Part shown: positions 1-9,574 of the stretch, in pieces | Numbering within the stretch: the stretch's first letter is position 1 | Layout of the letters: each line of letters begins with the position of its first letter | NCBI GenBank assembly: GCA_963737655.1 | Contig: CAVTTN010000002.1 | Coordinates: 1,760,001-1,824,000 of the forward strand | Reading direction: 5' to 3' | Origin: an uncultured Planctomycetota bacterium | Lineage (GTDB): Bacteria; Planctomycetota; Planctomycetia; Isosphaerales; Isosphaeraceae | Length of the DNA: 64,000 nt | The notes under the pieces: generated by a model | What the model was told of the DNA's origin: nothing | The model's database searches: none | Seen by the model: the letters and a program-made list of their open reading frames with translations, nothing else | Position numbers and translations under genes: made by a program

Positions 1-1310
1 GGGCGGCCGACCACTGGGCCTCGTGGGCGGCGCTCCAGGGGCCTCCGCCCAGGACGTTCCAGCCCAGGGGATAGACCGGGTTGCCGTGGTCGATCACGTT
101 CTTCGCCAGCCACGGGCCGATCGCCACGGCCAGCCCGAGCGAGAACCCCAGGACGGCCCGGGGCGACCGCCAGGCGATCGCCGCGAGGCCGAACGGGACC
201 ACGGCCGAGATCAGCCCGGGGTACTTGCAGCCCATCGCCCCTCCGGCGAGCCCCTCCGACGACCGCCCAGGACGTCCCGGGGGCGTCTCGGCGATCCCAG
301 GCCCAACCGGCGGCCCAGATCAGGGCGGCGTGGTAGTAGCACAAGGGGCCTTCCACGTAGGGGATCGCGGCGAGGCGGAAGATCCAGGGGGTCGTCAGGT
401 AGACCGCCGCCGCGACCCAGGCCGCCCGGGGAGACGCCCTCTGGCTCGCGACCAGGGCGATCATCGCCGCCGCCGCCGGGGCGTGGAACATCACCAGGAG
501 CTGACCGGCCATCGCCCCTCGCCACCAGTCGCCCAGGACGACCATCCCGAGCAGGTGGAGCATCTCCACGCCGAAGGGCATGCTCGTGTAAACATTGTGC
601 GGCAAGAAACGGATTCGTCCGCCGAGATAGTATTCCTTCGGCCCCTGGAGGTGGTATTCCAGGCAGTCGAAATCGATCGCCGGGGTCATCGCCCCCAGGG
701 CCATCAGCAGGAGGAACGGCCCGACGACCAGGGCGAAGCCGACGAGGGGCAGGGGGGAGGATCGCTCCTTCGGAGGGTCGTCCGGGCGAGGAGAGCGGAG
801 GCCCCAGGCCCCGCTGAGCATCAACGCCGCGAGGCCGATCCGCACCGCCCACGGGTCCAACAGCCCGAGACGGCCGATCAGGAGCGTCAGGGCCGATAAG
901 CCGACCATCCCCAGGCCGAACCCGACGCCCAGGCGGGCCGGCAAGCCCATCGACCGATCCGCGCCGAGCCCTTTCAGGACCAGCCCGCCCAATCCCAGGG
1001 AGGCCCCGGCGATCAGGAGGGCCGCCCCGGCGATCGGCAGGCGTTGCGGGAGGTTCTCGACGTGCCGGAGGTCGGCCGCGACCTGGCCGATCCGCGATTC
1101 CTTCCACGTGATCCCCGGGATCAGCTCGGGGACGACCTGCATCAACAAGATGCCCCGGCGGACCCGCGTCCCCTTGATGCTCCGGGCGTTCGGCAGGGGC
1201 TCGACCAGCCACCAGCCGAGGAGGACGACCTCGACGATCGCCAGGGCGATCAGGAGGGGGATCGCGGCCCGAGATCGTCGGGGGATCAGAGCATCGGCCC
1301 GATCTGCCAC
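1..1310 (-). CDS. Multi-pass membrane protein, GT-C/ArnT-like; runs off the left edge; apparent frameshift near 252
   Basis: Manual translation gives many TM segments plus DFDCLEYHLQGPKEYY...HNVYTSMPF and, after a 1-nt shift, GAMGCKYPGL. Probable GTG start overlaps the end of uxaA. Confidence 0.65.
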   Translation of the reverse strand, partial: MADRADALIPRRSRAAIPLLIALAIVEVVLLGWWLVEPLPNARSIKGTRVRRGILLMQVVPELIPGITWKESRIGQVAADLRHVENLPQRLPIAGAALLIAGASLGLGGLVLKGLGADRSMGLPARLGVGFGLGMVGLSALTLLIGRLGLLDPWAVRIGLAALMLSGAWGLRSPRPDDPPKERSSPLPLVGFALVVGPFLLLMALGAMTPAIDFDCLEYHLQGPKEYYLGGRIRFLPHNVYTSMPFGVEMLHLLGMVVLGDWWRGAMAGQLLVMFHAPAAAAMIALVASQRASPRAAWVAAAVYLTTPWIFRLAAIPYVEGPLCYYHAALIWAAGWAWDRRDAPGTSWAVVGGARRRGDGLQVPRADLGRGPVRPRGDRLAVAPGRPGVLARAGRGDRPVAGEERDRPRQPGLSPGLERPGRRPLERRPRGPVVGR

Positions 1311-2851
1311 GGGGCGAACTCCTCCTCGCCGACCCCTCCGCGCTCGCTCCGGGTGGTCCGGCCCGAGGCGACGTCCAGGATCAGGTCGAACAGCCTCCGG
1401 CCGACCTGCTCGACCGGCTCGCCGTCGAGGATCGGGCCGGCGTCGAGGTCCATGTCGGCCTTCATCCTCTCGAACATCACCGAATTCGTGGCCACCTTGA
1501 TGCAGGGCGTGGGCTTCAGCCCCAGGACGCTCCCCCGGCCGGTGGTGAAGACCAGGACGTTCGCGCCCGAGGCCACCAGGCCGGTGGTGCAGAGCGGGTC
1601 ATTGCCCGGGGTGTCCATGAAGACCAGGCCCGGCGAATCGACCCGCTCGGCATACGGGACCACGTCCACCAGAGGGCTCGTGCCGGCCTTGGCCAGCGCC
1701 CCGAGCGACTTCTCGTAGATCGTCGTCAGCCCGCCCTGCTTGTTCCCGGGGGACGGGTTGTTGTTGATCTCGGCGCCGAAGAGGCCGGTGTACCACTCCC
1801 ACCACTTGATCCGCTCGATGAGCTTCTCGCCGACCTCCCGGGAGACGGCCCGGCGGGTCATCAGGTGCTCGGCCCCGTAAATCTCGGTGGTCTCGCCGAG
1901 GACGGCGGTCCCTCCGTGAGCAACGACCAGGTCGCTGGCCACGCCGAGCGCCGGGTTGGCCGTCACCCCCGAGTTGCCGTCCGAGCCTCCGCATTCCAGG
2001 GCCAGGCAGATCTTGGAGGCGGGTTGCTCGGTGCGGGCCCAGGAATTGGCCTCGGGCAGGAGGCGGTGGACGGCCTCCACGGCGGCCTCGACGGTCCGGG
2101 TGATCCCGCCCTGCTCCTGGATGTTCAGGACCCGCGGCCTCTCCGATTTCGGGCCATTTCGAGGGGCCGCGCCGAGCGTGAGGAGGTCTTTCGACTCGAC
2201 GAACTCGCTCGCGGCGTTGACCTCGCAGCCCAGGCCGACGATCACATACGCGGCCACGTTCGGATGGTTCGCGAACCCGGCCAGGACGCGCTCCAGGACT
2301 TGATGATCGGCCCCCCCGGCGGGCATGCTGCACCCGCCCTTGTGGGTGATCGCGAACACGCCGTCGACGTTCGGGAAATCCCGCTTCCAGGAATCGTCGC
2401 GGAAGCGTTCGGCGATGTAGCGCGACGTGCTGGCCGAGCAATTGACCGTGGAGATCACGGCGACGTAGTTCCTCGTGCCGACCCGGCCGTCGGGGCGGAG
2501 GTAGCCGAGGAACGTCCGGGGCTCGACGCTCGGAGGGGGCGGTGCGGGCTCGGAGGCGAAGGCGTAATCGCGCTCGAAGAGGTCGGCCGAGACGTTGTGG
2601 ACGTGGACCCAGGCGCCTCGGGGGATCGGCTTCGAGGCGAACCCGATGACCTGGCCGTACTTGACGATCGGCTCGCCCGGGGCGATGTCGCGGACGGCCA
2701 TCTTGTGGCCCAGGAGGATCGGCTCCCTCGCCTCGACGACGTCCGGGCCGAACTCCAGGACGGCCCCCCTGGGGATCGGCCGGGAGGCCACGGCCACGGA
2801 GTCCTCGGGCCTGAGCAGGACCGCCCGTCGCGGCCCGGTCGCCGTCGCCAT
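1286..2851 (-). CDS. uxaA: Altronate dehydratase family protein (SAF + UxaA/GarD domain)
   Basis: GHKMA...IVKYGQVIG...HVHN (SAF), GRVGTRN, LGCE, ECGGSD, NNPSPGNKQGG, FTTGRG. Confidence 0.9.
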   Translation of the reverse strand: MATATGPRRAVLLRPEDSVAVASRPIPRGAVLEFGPDVVEAREPILLGHKMAVRDIAPGEPIVKYGQVIGFASKPIPRGAWVHVHNVSADLFERDYAFASEPAPPPPSVEPRTFLGYLRPDGRVGTRNYVAVISTVNCSASTSRYIAERFRDDSWKRDFPNVDGVFAITHKGGCSMPAGGADHQVLERVLAGFANHPNVAAYVIVGLGCEVNAASEFVESKDLLTLGAAPRNGPKSERPRVLNIQEQGGITRTVEAAVEAVHRLLPEANSWARTEQPASKICLALECGGSDGNSGVTANPALGVASDLVVAHGGTAVLGETTEIYGAEHLMTRRAVSREVGEKLIERIKWWEWYTGLFGAEINNNPSPGNKQGGLTTIYEKSLGALAKAGTSPLVDVVPYAERVDSPGLVFMDTPGNDPLCTTGLVASGANVLVFTTGRGSVLGLKPTPCIKVATNSVMFERMKADMDLDAGPILDGEPVEQVGRRLFDLILDVASGRTTRSERGGVGEEEFAPWQIGPML

Positions 2852-3089
2852 GAATCCCGCCCCTCGCCCGAGTTCCGGCCGATCTCCTCACCACGGCCAT
2901 CGTAGTGCCCGCCCGGCGATTTGGGAATGGGAGGCCGCCGGGCCGACGGGTTGCTCCGGTCGAAGGGATTGCGGGGGTGAGGCGGAAAATCGCCCGATCC
3001 GGGCGGTCGGCTTGATCGCCTGGGACGCTCAGAGTATGTTTGCACGCTGCGACGATGGCGGTTGCCGAAATCGGGCGGGGGGCACGCCG

Positions 3090-4046
3090 ATGAGCATCGC
3101 GTTTTCTTGCCATTTCTGCTCTCGGAAATATCGGGTCGATGACGGCCTCGCGGGCCGGAAGGTCAAGTGCAAGGAGTGCGGGACGGAATTGTCCATCCCC
3201 ACGCCCCGGACCATGGCGACGGCGAGCAGGCCCTCGGCCCAAGGCGGCGACCTGTACGGGCTGGACGACGAGGCCCCATTGCCCCCGCCCCGGAGGCCGG
3301 GGATGGTCGTCGAGAAGCCGAAATCGTCGCGGTCCCGCAGGAACTCCGGCGCGGATGGCGGCGACCAGTGGAAGCGATCGGGGATCAGCCTCCTGATCTT
3401 CGGCGCGGGGGCGGTGATCCTGCCCCTGATCGGCCTCCAGTGGAGGCTGCTCAGCTTCCTGCCTCCGGCGGCGCAGATCGGCCTGGGGATGCTCATGCTC
3501 CTGGGCGGGATGTTCTGCCTGTTGACGTCGTCGATGGGCTTCCTGAAGGCGCTGGGGTTCTCGGTCCTGGGGCTGGTCGTCGGCATCCCGGCGTTCCTGG
3601 TCCTGGTCGGGATCGGCCTGGAAGCGGCCGGGGTGCAGCCGCCTCAGCCGGGCAACAACGGCGGGGCGAACGTGGCCCAGGATGACGGCGGCGTCCCTCC
3701 TCCGGCCAATCCCGTCTTCATCCCTCCTCCGGCCCCCCCGGCGCCGATCCAGCCGCCGAACTTCGGCCAGCAGCCGGGCAATCCGAACTTCGGCCAGCCC
3801 CAGGGCCCGAACTTCGGTCAGCCCCAGGGTCCGAACTTTGGGCAGCCGCAAAATCCGAACTTCGGTCAGCCGCAAAATCCCAATTTTGGACAGCCTCAGG
3901 GTCCGAATTTCGGCCAACAGCCGGGCAATCCGAACTTCGGTCAGCCCCAGGGCCCGAACTTCGGCCGGATCAATCGGCCGAACTTCGGCCGTCCGCCCGG
4001 GATGCCGAGCATGCCCCGAGGCCCGCAGTTCGGTCCCCGTCACTGA
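3090..4046 (+). CDS. Zinc-ribbon membrane protein with Pro-rich and PNFG-repeat C-terminal tail
   Basis: N-terminal CHFC...CKEC, about three hydrophobic helices, low-complexity tail. Confidence 0.75.
   Translation: MSIAFSCHFCSRKYRVDDGLAGRKVKCKECGTELSIPTPRTMATASRPSAQGGDLYGLDDEAPLPPPRRPGMVVEKPKSSRSRRNSGADGGDQWKRSGISLLIFGAGAVILPLIGLQWRLLSFLPPAAQIGLGMLMLLGGMFCLLTSSMGFLKALGFSVLGLVVGIPAFLVLVGIGLEAAGVQPPQPGNNGGANVAQDDGGVPPPANPVFIPPPAPPAPIQPPNFGQQPGNPNFGQPQGPNFGQPQGPNFGQPQNPNFGQPQNPNFGQPQGPNFGQQPGNPNFGQPQGPNFGRINRPNFGRPPGMPSMPRGPQFGPRH
3756..3989 (+). repeat. Coding tandem repeat of 24-27 bp units encoding PNFG(Q/R)xxx, 10 copies
   Basis: Recurrent ccgaacttcgg(c/t)cag; protein PNFGQPQG/PNFGQQPGN. 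Confidence 0.9.
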
Positions 4047-4174
4047 GAAAAAACGCCGACCGCCGAGAAGATCCGGCCCCGGGGAGCGAATCCCCCGGGG
4101 CCGGGCCGGTTTGTGGGGGCCCCACCCACTCCGCCCCGTGGTCTCGGATCGCCTGGACCGGAGGTGCCCTCGCC

Positions 4175-4936
4175 GTGTCGATCGAGGTCGAAGATTATCA
4201 CAAGGTCTACAAGGACTTCGTGGCCGTCCAGGGCGTGTCGTTCCGGGTCGAGCCGGGCGAGGTGCTCGGCCTCGTCGGCCCCAACGGCGCGGGCAAGACG
4301 ACCACTCTGCGGGCCCTGGCCGGCATCTTGGAGCCGACCCGCGGCCGAATCCGGATCGACGGCCACGACCTGAGCTCCGACCCGGTGCCGGCCAAGGCCG
4401 CGCTGGCCTACGTCCCGGATGACCCGAAGCTGTTCGACAGCCTGACGGTCTGGGAGCACTTCCGGTTCATCGCCTCGGCCTACAAGCTCGGCCCCGACTG
4501 GCCGGAGAAGGCCGAGCGGCTGCTCTCCCAGTTCGAGCTCACGGAGAAGAAAGGCGCGCTGGCCTCCGAGCTCTCCCGGGGGATGCGGCAGAAGGTCGCC
4601 ATCGGCTGCGGCTACCTCCACGACCCGAAGGCCATCCTCCTGGACGAGCCGCTGACCGGCCTGGACCCTCGCGGCATCCGCACGATGAAGGAGACGATCC
4701 TGGAGAGGGCCGACGCCGGGTCCGCCGTGATGGTCAGCTCCCACCTGCTCTCGCTGGTGGAAGACCTCTGCACGACGATCCTGATGCTCGACCGAGGGCG
4801 GGTCGTCCTCCGGGGGAGGCTGGACGACCTGATCCGCGAGGCGGCGGAGTCGGGCCGGGCCGAGACGTTGGAAGACATGTTCCTCCGTTTGACCGAAACC
4901 GAGGCCGACAAGACGGCCGCCGCCCCGGAGGTCTGA
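4175..4936 (+). CDS. ABC transporter ATP-binding protein
   Basis: Walker A GPNGAGKTT, signature LSRGMRQK, Walker B ILLDEP, H-loop SSH. Confidence 0.95.
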   Translation: MSIEVEDYHKVYKDFVAVQGVSFRVEPGEVLGLVGPNGAGKTTTLRALAGILEPTRGRIRIDGHDLSSDPVPAKAALAYVPDDPKLFDSLTVWEHFRFIASAYKLGPDWPEKAERLLSQFELTEKKGALASELSRGMRQKVAIGCGYLHDPKAILLDEPLTGLDPRGIRTMKETILERADAGSAVMVSSHLLSLVEDLCTTILMLDRGRVVLRGRLDDLIREAAESGRAETLEDMFLRLTETEADKTAAAPEV

Positions 4937-4940
4937 CCTC

Positions 4941-6581
4941 GTGGACCGCGCCCTGATCTTGCTCCTGTGGCTCCGGTTCCGCGCCTGGTTCCGTCGGACG
5001 GTCCGGCGGATGGCCTCGGTCCAGGGGCTGATCCTGACGGCCCTGGGCCTCATGATCTTCGCCCCGTCCGCCTTCGCGCTGCTCTTCGATCGCTCCGCGC
5101 CCAACCCGGCCGGGCTGGCCGAGGGGACCCGGCGGTTCGGGCCGATGATCCTCTGCGCCTATTGCTTGCTGACGCTCCTGTTCTCGCCCGGAGACAAGGC
5201 GTTCGCCTTCAGCCCGGCGGAGATCAGCTTCCTGTTCCCCGCGCCGTTCAGCCGGAGGCAGCTCCTGGCCTACAAGGTCGGCGGCAACCTGTTCCTGGCG
5301 ATGCTGTCGTCGGTCTTCGTCGTCTTCGCGATGAGGAAGACCTCGCCGAACCTGTTCTGCCTGTACGTGGGGCTGGTCCTGGCGTTCTGGTTCCTGCAAC
5401 TCTTCGCGATCACCGTCACGCTCCTGGGCGCGGCGATCGGCGCGGCGGCCTCGACGTGGAGGAGGCGGATCGCCGTGGGCCTGATCCTCGGCCTCGTCGG
5501 CGCGGCGGCGGCCTCCGCCGGGCTGGAGGCGCTGAAGGGCCTGGACCTGGATACGATCAAGACGCTGGAGAACGCCCCGGCCGTCCGCGCGGCCCTCGCG
5601 CCGTTCCGGCCGTTCACCAACGCGATGACATCCCGAGGGGTCTGGCACGGCCTGCTCCGATGGGGCGGGATCGCCCTGGGGATCGACGCCTGCCTGTTCG
5701 TCCTGATCCTGGCGCTGGATGCCCGCTACCTCGAATCGGTCGCCGTCAGCAGCGAGCGGTTCTACGCCCGACTGGAACGGATGAAGAAGGGCGGCCCGGC
5801 GATCCGGGCGAGCAAGCCGAGGAAGAAGCCCTGGAAGAGCGTGCCCGACCTGCCGTGGTGGGGCGGAATCGGGCCGATCCTCTGGAAGCAGCTCCTCACG
5901 GCCCGTCGCGACATCTGGAAGATGCTGATCCCGACCCTGTCGTGCCTGTCGATCGCCGGGCTCGGCGTGTTCCTCGCGAACTACACGCCTGCGGGGCCCG
6001 ATGGAGGCGGGTTCGCCATCGGCTTCTCGATCGTCCTGCTGAGCTTTTCGCTCATGTTCAGCCCTCTCCTGAATTTCGACTTCCGAGGGGACTACGAACG
6101 GATGGAAGGGCTCAAGACGCTGCCGATCCCCGCGTCCCGGCTGGCCCTGGGGCAGGTCGCGGCGCCCACGGTCCTGGCGACGGTCCCCCAGGTGCTCTGC
6201 ATCGTCGTCCTGGGCGTCGGCGCCGGTCCGGTCCCGGCGTGGTTCTGGACGTTGCCGGCGTTCGCCCTCCTGGTCAATGCCCTGCTCATGGAGGTCGAGA
6301 ACGTGATGTTCCTCTGGTTCCCGACGAAGCCCCTGGCGGCCACTCCGGGGGACATCCAGGCGATGGGCCGGGCGATTTTGATGATGCTGGCCAAGACGCT
6401 GACCGTCGGCGTGACGGGCGGGCTGGCGGCCCTGCTCGGCCTCGCGGGCTACTTCGTCGGCGGCTGGATCGCGGCCCTGACGCTCGCCTGGCTCGTCCTG
6501 GTCGGGTTCCTCGTGGGCTTCGTCCCGCTGATGGCGGCGGCGTTCCGGGGGTTCGACGTGGCCAGCGACATCCAGGGATGA
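4941..6581 (+). CDS. Putative ABC exporter permease
   Basis: Many TM helices, FSPAEISFLFPAP motif, starts 4 bp after the ATPase gene. Confidence 0.85.
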   Translation: MDRALILLLWLRFRAWFRRTVRRMASVQGLILTALGLMIFAPSAFALLFDRSAPNPAGLAEGTRRFGPMILCAYCLLTLLFSPGDKAFAFSPAEISFLFPAPFSRRQLLAYKVGGNLFLAMLSSVFVVFAMRKTSPNLFCLYVGLVLAFWFLQLFAITVTLLGAAIGAAASTWRRRIAVGLILGLVGAAAASAGLEALKGLDLDTIKTLENAPAVRAALAPFRPFTNAMTSRGVWHGLLRWGGIALGIDACLFVLILALDARYLESVAVSSERFYARLERMKKGGPAIRASKPRKKPWKSVPDLPWWGGIGPILWKQLLTARRDIWKMLIPTLSCLSIAGLGVFLANYTPAGPDGGGFAIGFSIVLLSFSLMFSPLLNFDFRGDYERMEGLKTLPIPASRLALGQVAAPTVLATVPQVLCIVVLGVGAGPVPAWFWTLPAFALLVNALLMEVENVMFLWFPTKPLAATPGDIQAMGRAILMMLAKTLTVGVTGGLAALLGLAGYFVGGWIAALTLAWLVLVGFLVGFVPLMAAAFRGFDVASDIQG

Positions 6582-6584
6582 CGA

Positions 6585-6983
6585 TCAACGCTCGGCCTCG
6601 CCCCTGGGCGTCCGATTCCGCCACCACCGCAGCCCTCTTCGGCAGAACTCGGCCCCCGCTCCGAGGAAGAACGTGCCGAGCATCCCGGCCCCGGCGAGCT
6701 GCCCCGGCTGAATCACCTCGCCTTGCTGCATCGCCTGGAACCCGAAGAACGCCAGGGCGATCATCCCCAGGCCCACGAGGATCAAGACAGCGCCCATGGG
6801 CAACTGGGCCGCGAGCAGGGAATTCGGGGTCGGCGGCGTGTACCGGGTCCCGCAGTCCTTGCAAAGCCGGTCATAAACCAGAGCCAGTCCCGGCGGCGCG
6901 ACCTTCTTGAACCGGGCCGACCCGCACTTCGGGCAATATGGAGAGACGGGATATTGCCCCTCGGGGGCGACTTGCAGGCCCAT
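6585..6983 (-). CDS. Small zinc-ribbon membrane protein
   Basis: CPKC...CKDC followed by two TM helices; start uncertain. Confidence 0.6.
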   Translation of the reverse strand: MGLQVAPEGQYPVSPYCPKCGSARFKKVAPPGLALVYDRLCKDCGTRYTPPTPNSLLAAQLPMGAVLILVGLGMIALAFFGFQAMQQGEVIQPGQLAGAGMLGTFFLGAGAEFCRRGLRWWRNRTPRGEAER

Positions 6984-7234
6984 GCGTCGATCCCTCGATC
7001 GGCGGATGAGATGAGGTTGGGTCACGATGGCGGATGGGCCGCAACCGTCCGGGTTGATTCGGCGGACTCGATCATCTGCTCCGGCGTCAGAGGGATCTCC
7101 TTGCGATCCTTGGGCTTCTCCACCTCGCCGATCATGTCGCCGTTGAGGAAGTACTGAGCAGAGACAGATGGGACGATCAGGGTGCCGATCCCGAAGACGA
7201 ACAGCAACGGACGAAGCCCGATGACCCAGGTCAC

Positions 7235-7519
7235 TCACCCGCGCGATTGCCAGGAACGAGGATGGCGAGAACGGTGGACCACCGCGAGGATCAAGATCTC
7301 ACCGCCTTCGATTCGATAGTAGACGGCATACGGGAAATGGCGAGTCGGGACGTGGCGGAAATCGCGGAAGATGACGGCCGGCGCCTCGGGCATCCGCGAG
7401 ACCCGCGCCAAAGCGTCTTCCACGGCCCCGAGGAAGGTCTCACCGAGCCCGGGCTGCTGATCCTCGTACCAGGCCTTGGCCCGGGCAATGTCGGCCTCGG
7501 CCTCCGGGAGGATGATCAT
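7235..7519 (-). CDS. Type II toxin, RelE/ParE family
   Basis: PEAEADI...AWYEDQQPGLG...HFPYAVYY...ILAVVH.SRHP.SW. Confidence 0.88.
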   Translation of the reverse strand: MIILPEAEADIARAKAWYEDQQPGLGETFLGAVEDALARVSRMPEAPAVIFRDFRHVPTRHFPYAVYYRIEGGEILILAVVHRSRHPRSWQSRG

Positions 7520-7752
7520 GGGTTGGGACCGGATGTCCCTCGCAGCCGGACCAGGGCCTCTTCCCAGGTCGATCCGGTATGAGGATTCGCTCGATAGGCC
7601 GCCAGGCGACGATCGAGCTCGTCCTTGAGATCCTGGGGGATCTCCGTCTCCATCGGCTCGTCGGCGAGGCTGATCCAGATCTCATCCAGGAGCTGGCACC
7701 TCTGTTCGAACGTCAGCAGGTCGATCCCAAGCGATTCCATCAGCGAGGACAT
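7516..7752 (-). CDS. Addiction-module antitoxin (TIGR02574-like)
   Basis: QLLDEIWISL...ELDRRLAAY...STWEE; 4-bp overlap with the toxin gene. Confidence 0.85.
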   Translation of the reverse strand: MSSLMESLGIDLLTFEQRCQLLDEIWISLADEPMETEIPQDLKDELDRRLAAYRANPHTGSTWEEALVRLRGTSGPNP

Positions 7753-7843
7753 GATTCGCATCCTCCGATCGGGGCGAGGCGATCCGGGGCCTCGGCATCC
7801 ATTGTAGCCGATGCCGAGGCCCCTTCCAGCCGGGCTCCTGGCC

Positions 7844-9079
7844 CTAGGGCCTCTTCACGAATTCATAGATGCGGCCGTCGAAGGCGAGGAGGAAGAGCTC
7901 GCCGTCGCGGTCCTCGCCGAAGGCGGCGATGTTCAGCGGGCGGTCTTTCGTCAGGTCGATCAGCTCGCCGTTGACCGTGGCCTTGCCGTCCTTCTCGCGG
8001 AGGCCCCAGACCCGGCCGCTCTGGAAGTCCCCGTAGACGTACACGCCCTCCAGCTCGGGCAGCGCCTTGCCTCGATAGACGTATCCGCCGGTGATGCTCT
8101 GGCCGGTGTCCTTCCGGCCGCCTTCCTGCCTGTCGCCGTGGGGGTACTCGGCGATCGGCGGCGAGAGGTCCGACGGCTTCACGCGGGCCTTCTGCTTCCT
8201 GGGGAACGGGTGGAAGCCTTCCTTCACGCTCCAGCCGTAATTGCCGCCGTTCTTGAGGACGTGGACGATCTCCCAGAGGTTCTGGCCGACGTCCCCGGCC
8301 CAGATCGTGCCGGTTTTCCTGTCGAAGGTGAACTTCCAGACGTTGCGGAGGCCGATGCAGAAGACTTCCGGGGCCCAGTCGGCGAATTTCTGAGGGTCGC
8401 GGAGCCGGGGGTTGTCCTTGGGGATTCCGTAAGGCTTGCCGTCCTCGGGATGATCGACGTCGATCCTCAGGATCGAGCCGAACCAGTCGCTCGGGTTCTG
8501 GCCGGAGAGCAACGGGTCGTCGGCCGCCCCGCTGTCCCCCAGGGAGATGTAGAGGAAGCCGTCGGGGCCGAACTCGATGCAGCCGCCGTTGTGGTTGGAG
8601 AAGGGGTCCTCGGCCGAGACCCAGATCCGCTTCTCGGTCTTCGGGTCGGCCTTCCTCGGGTCGGCCGAGTTCCTCTCGAACCGGGAGACGACCGACCGGC
8701 GCTTGCCGTCGCCGTCGTCGGCCGAGTAATAGAGGAAGAACTGGCCATTCTCGCGGTAATTCGGGTGGAAGGCCAGGCCGAGGAGCCCTTCCTCGTTGTC
8801 CTTGTGCATGCGGTCGGGGAGGGTCAGGAACTCGACCTTATCCTTCGTGTCCTTGACGTCGGGGAACGACCAGACCTTCCCCTGGTGCTGCTCGGCGACG
8901 AACAGCAGGTTCGAGCCATCCCGGGGATAGGCCATCGCCACGGGGCGATCGAACCGGAGGTTGGGGAAGGCCACTCGGGTGGTGAGTTGGGGCAAGCCGT
9001 CGTCGGCGGAGGCCGGGGCGATCGTCGCGGCCAGGGCGAGCGTGAGCGTGAGGGCGATTCGAGGGGCGAAGGGCGGCAT
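7844..9079 (-). CDS. PQQ-dependent glucose/sorbosone dehydrogenase family protein, secreted
   Basis: Signal peptide, EEGLLGLAFHP, NHNGG.I.FGPDG.LYISLGD, GLRNVW, GGNYGW. Confidence 0.9.
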   Translation of the reverse strand: MPPFAPRIALTLTLALAATIAPASADDGLPQLTTRVAFPNLRFDRPVAMAYPRDGSNLLFVAEQHQGKVWSFPDVKDTKDKVEFLTLPDRMHKDNEEGLLGLAFHPNYRENGQFFLYYSADDGDGKRRSVVSRFERNSADPRKADPKTEKRIWVSAEDPFSNHNGGCIEFGPDGFLYISLGDSGAADDPLLSGQNPSDWFGSILRIDVDHPEDGKPYGIPKDNPRLRDPQKFADWAPEVFCIGLRNVWKFTFDRKTGTIWAGDVGQNLWEIVHVLKNGGNYGWSVKEGFHPFPRKQKARVKPSDLSPPIAEYPHGDRQEGGRKDTGQSITGGYVYRGKALPELEGVYVYGDFQSGRVWGLREKDGKATVNGELIDLTKDRPLNIAAFGEDRDGELFLLAFDGRIYEFVKRP

Positions 9080-9209
9080 TCCGGGCGTCTCCGGGGTCTG
9101 GGCCGGGTCATGGGCGGTCGCGGGCCAACCCAGTAGACCGGAAGCGGCCTTCGATCGTCAAATCCTCGCCAGAACCGGGAAACTTCGGGGTCCAGCCCCG
9201 GCCGGGGAA

Positions 9210-9536
9210 ATGTCGATGAGGGATCGCCGCCAACCCGCCTTGTCCTCTCGGGGAAGCCGGGGTAGCGTGCCGGACCGCCCCGGGTCCGTCCCGTCTTTCT
9301 GGAAGGAGATTCCCCCCCATGACGACCGCGATCCCGAACCGTCTGAGCCCGGCCCGAGCCGGGCCGAAATCGACCAGGCCGGAGTGGACCTGGAGTACCA
9401 CTCGCTGATGGGCGTCCTCGGAGGCGACGAGCCGACGCACGTCCGGTCGTTCGAGAGGTCCGTTTTCGCCCGGATCCTCCACCCCGCCAGGGCCACCGGC
9501 GGCGCGATGACCGCCGAGCATTCGCCCCGGCTGTGA
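9210..9536 (+). CDS. Hypothetical protein
   Basis: ORF fills the gap between two minus-strand genes; no recognised motif. Confidence 0.35.
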   Translation: MSMRDRRQPALSSRGSRGSVPDRPGSVPSFWKEIPPHDDRDPEPSEPGPSRAEIDQAGVDLEYHSLMGVLGGDEPTHVRSFERSVFARILHPARATGGAMTAEHSPRL

Positions 9537-9574
9537 CCCGGTGGGACCTGGTGACTGGCCACCAGGTCCCGTCC

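Noticed and set aside
3756..3989. Short tandem repeats as a CRISPR array
   Set aside because: No unique spacers; the units are in-frame coding repeats.
7022..7234. 70-aa minus-strand ORF downstream of the toxin
   Set aside because: Could be a small exported protein or a gene fragment, but there is no motif to support a call.
7235..7752. TA pair as a marker of a defence island
   Set aside because: An isolated, common module with no neighbouring defence or mobility genes.
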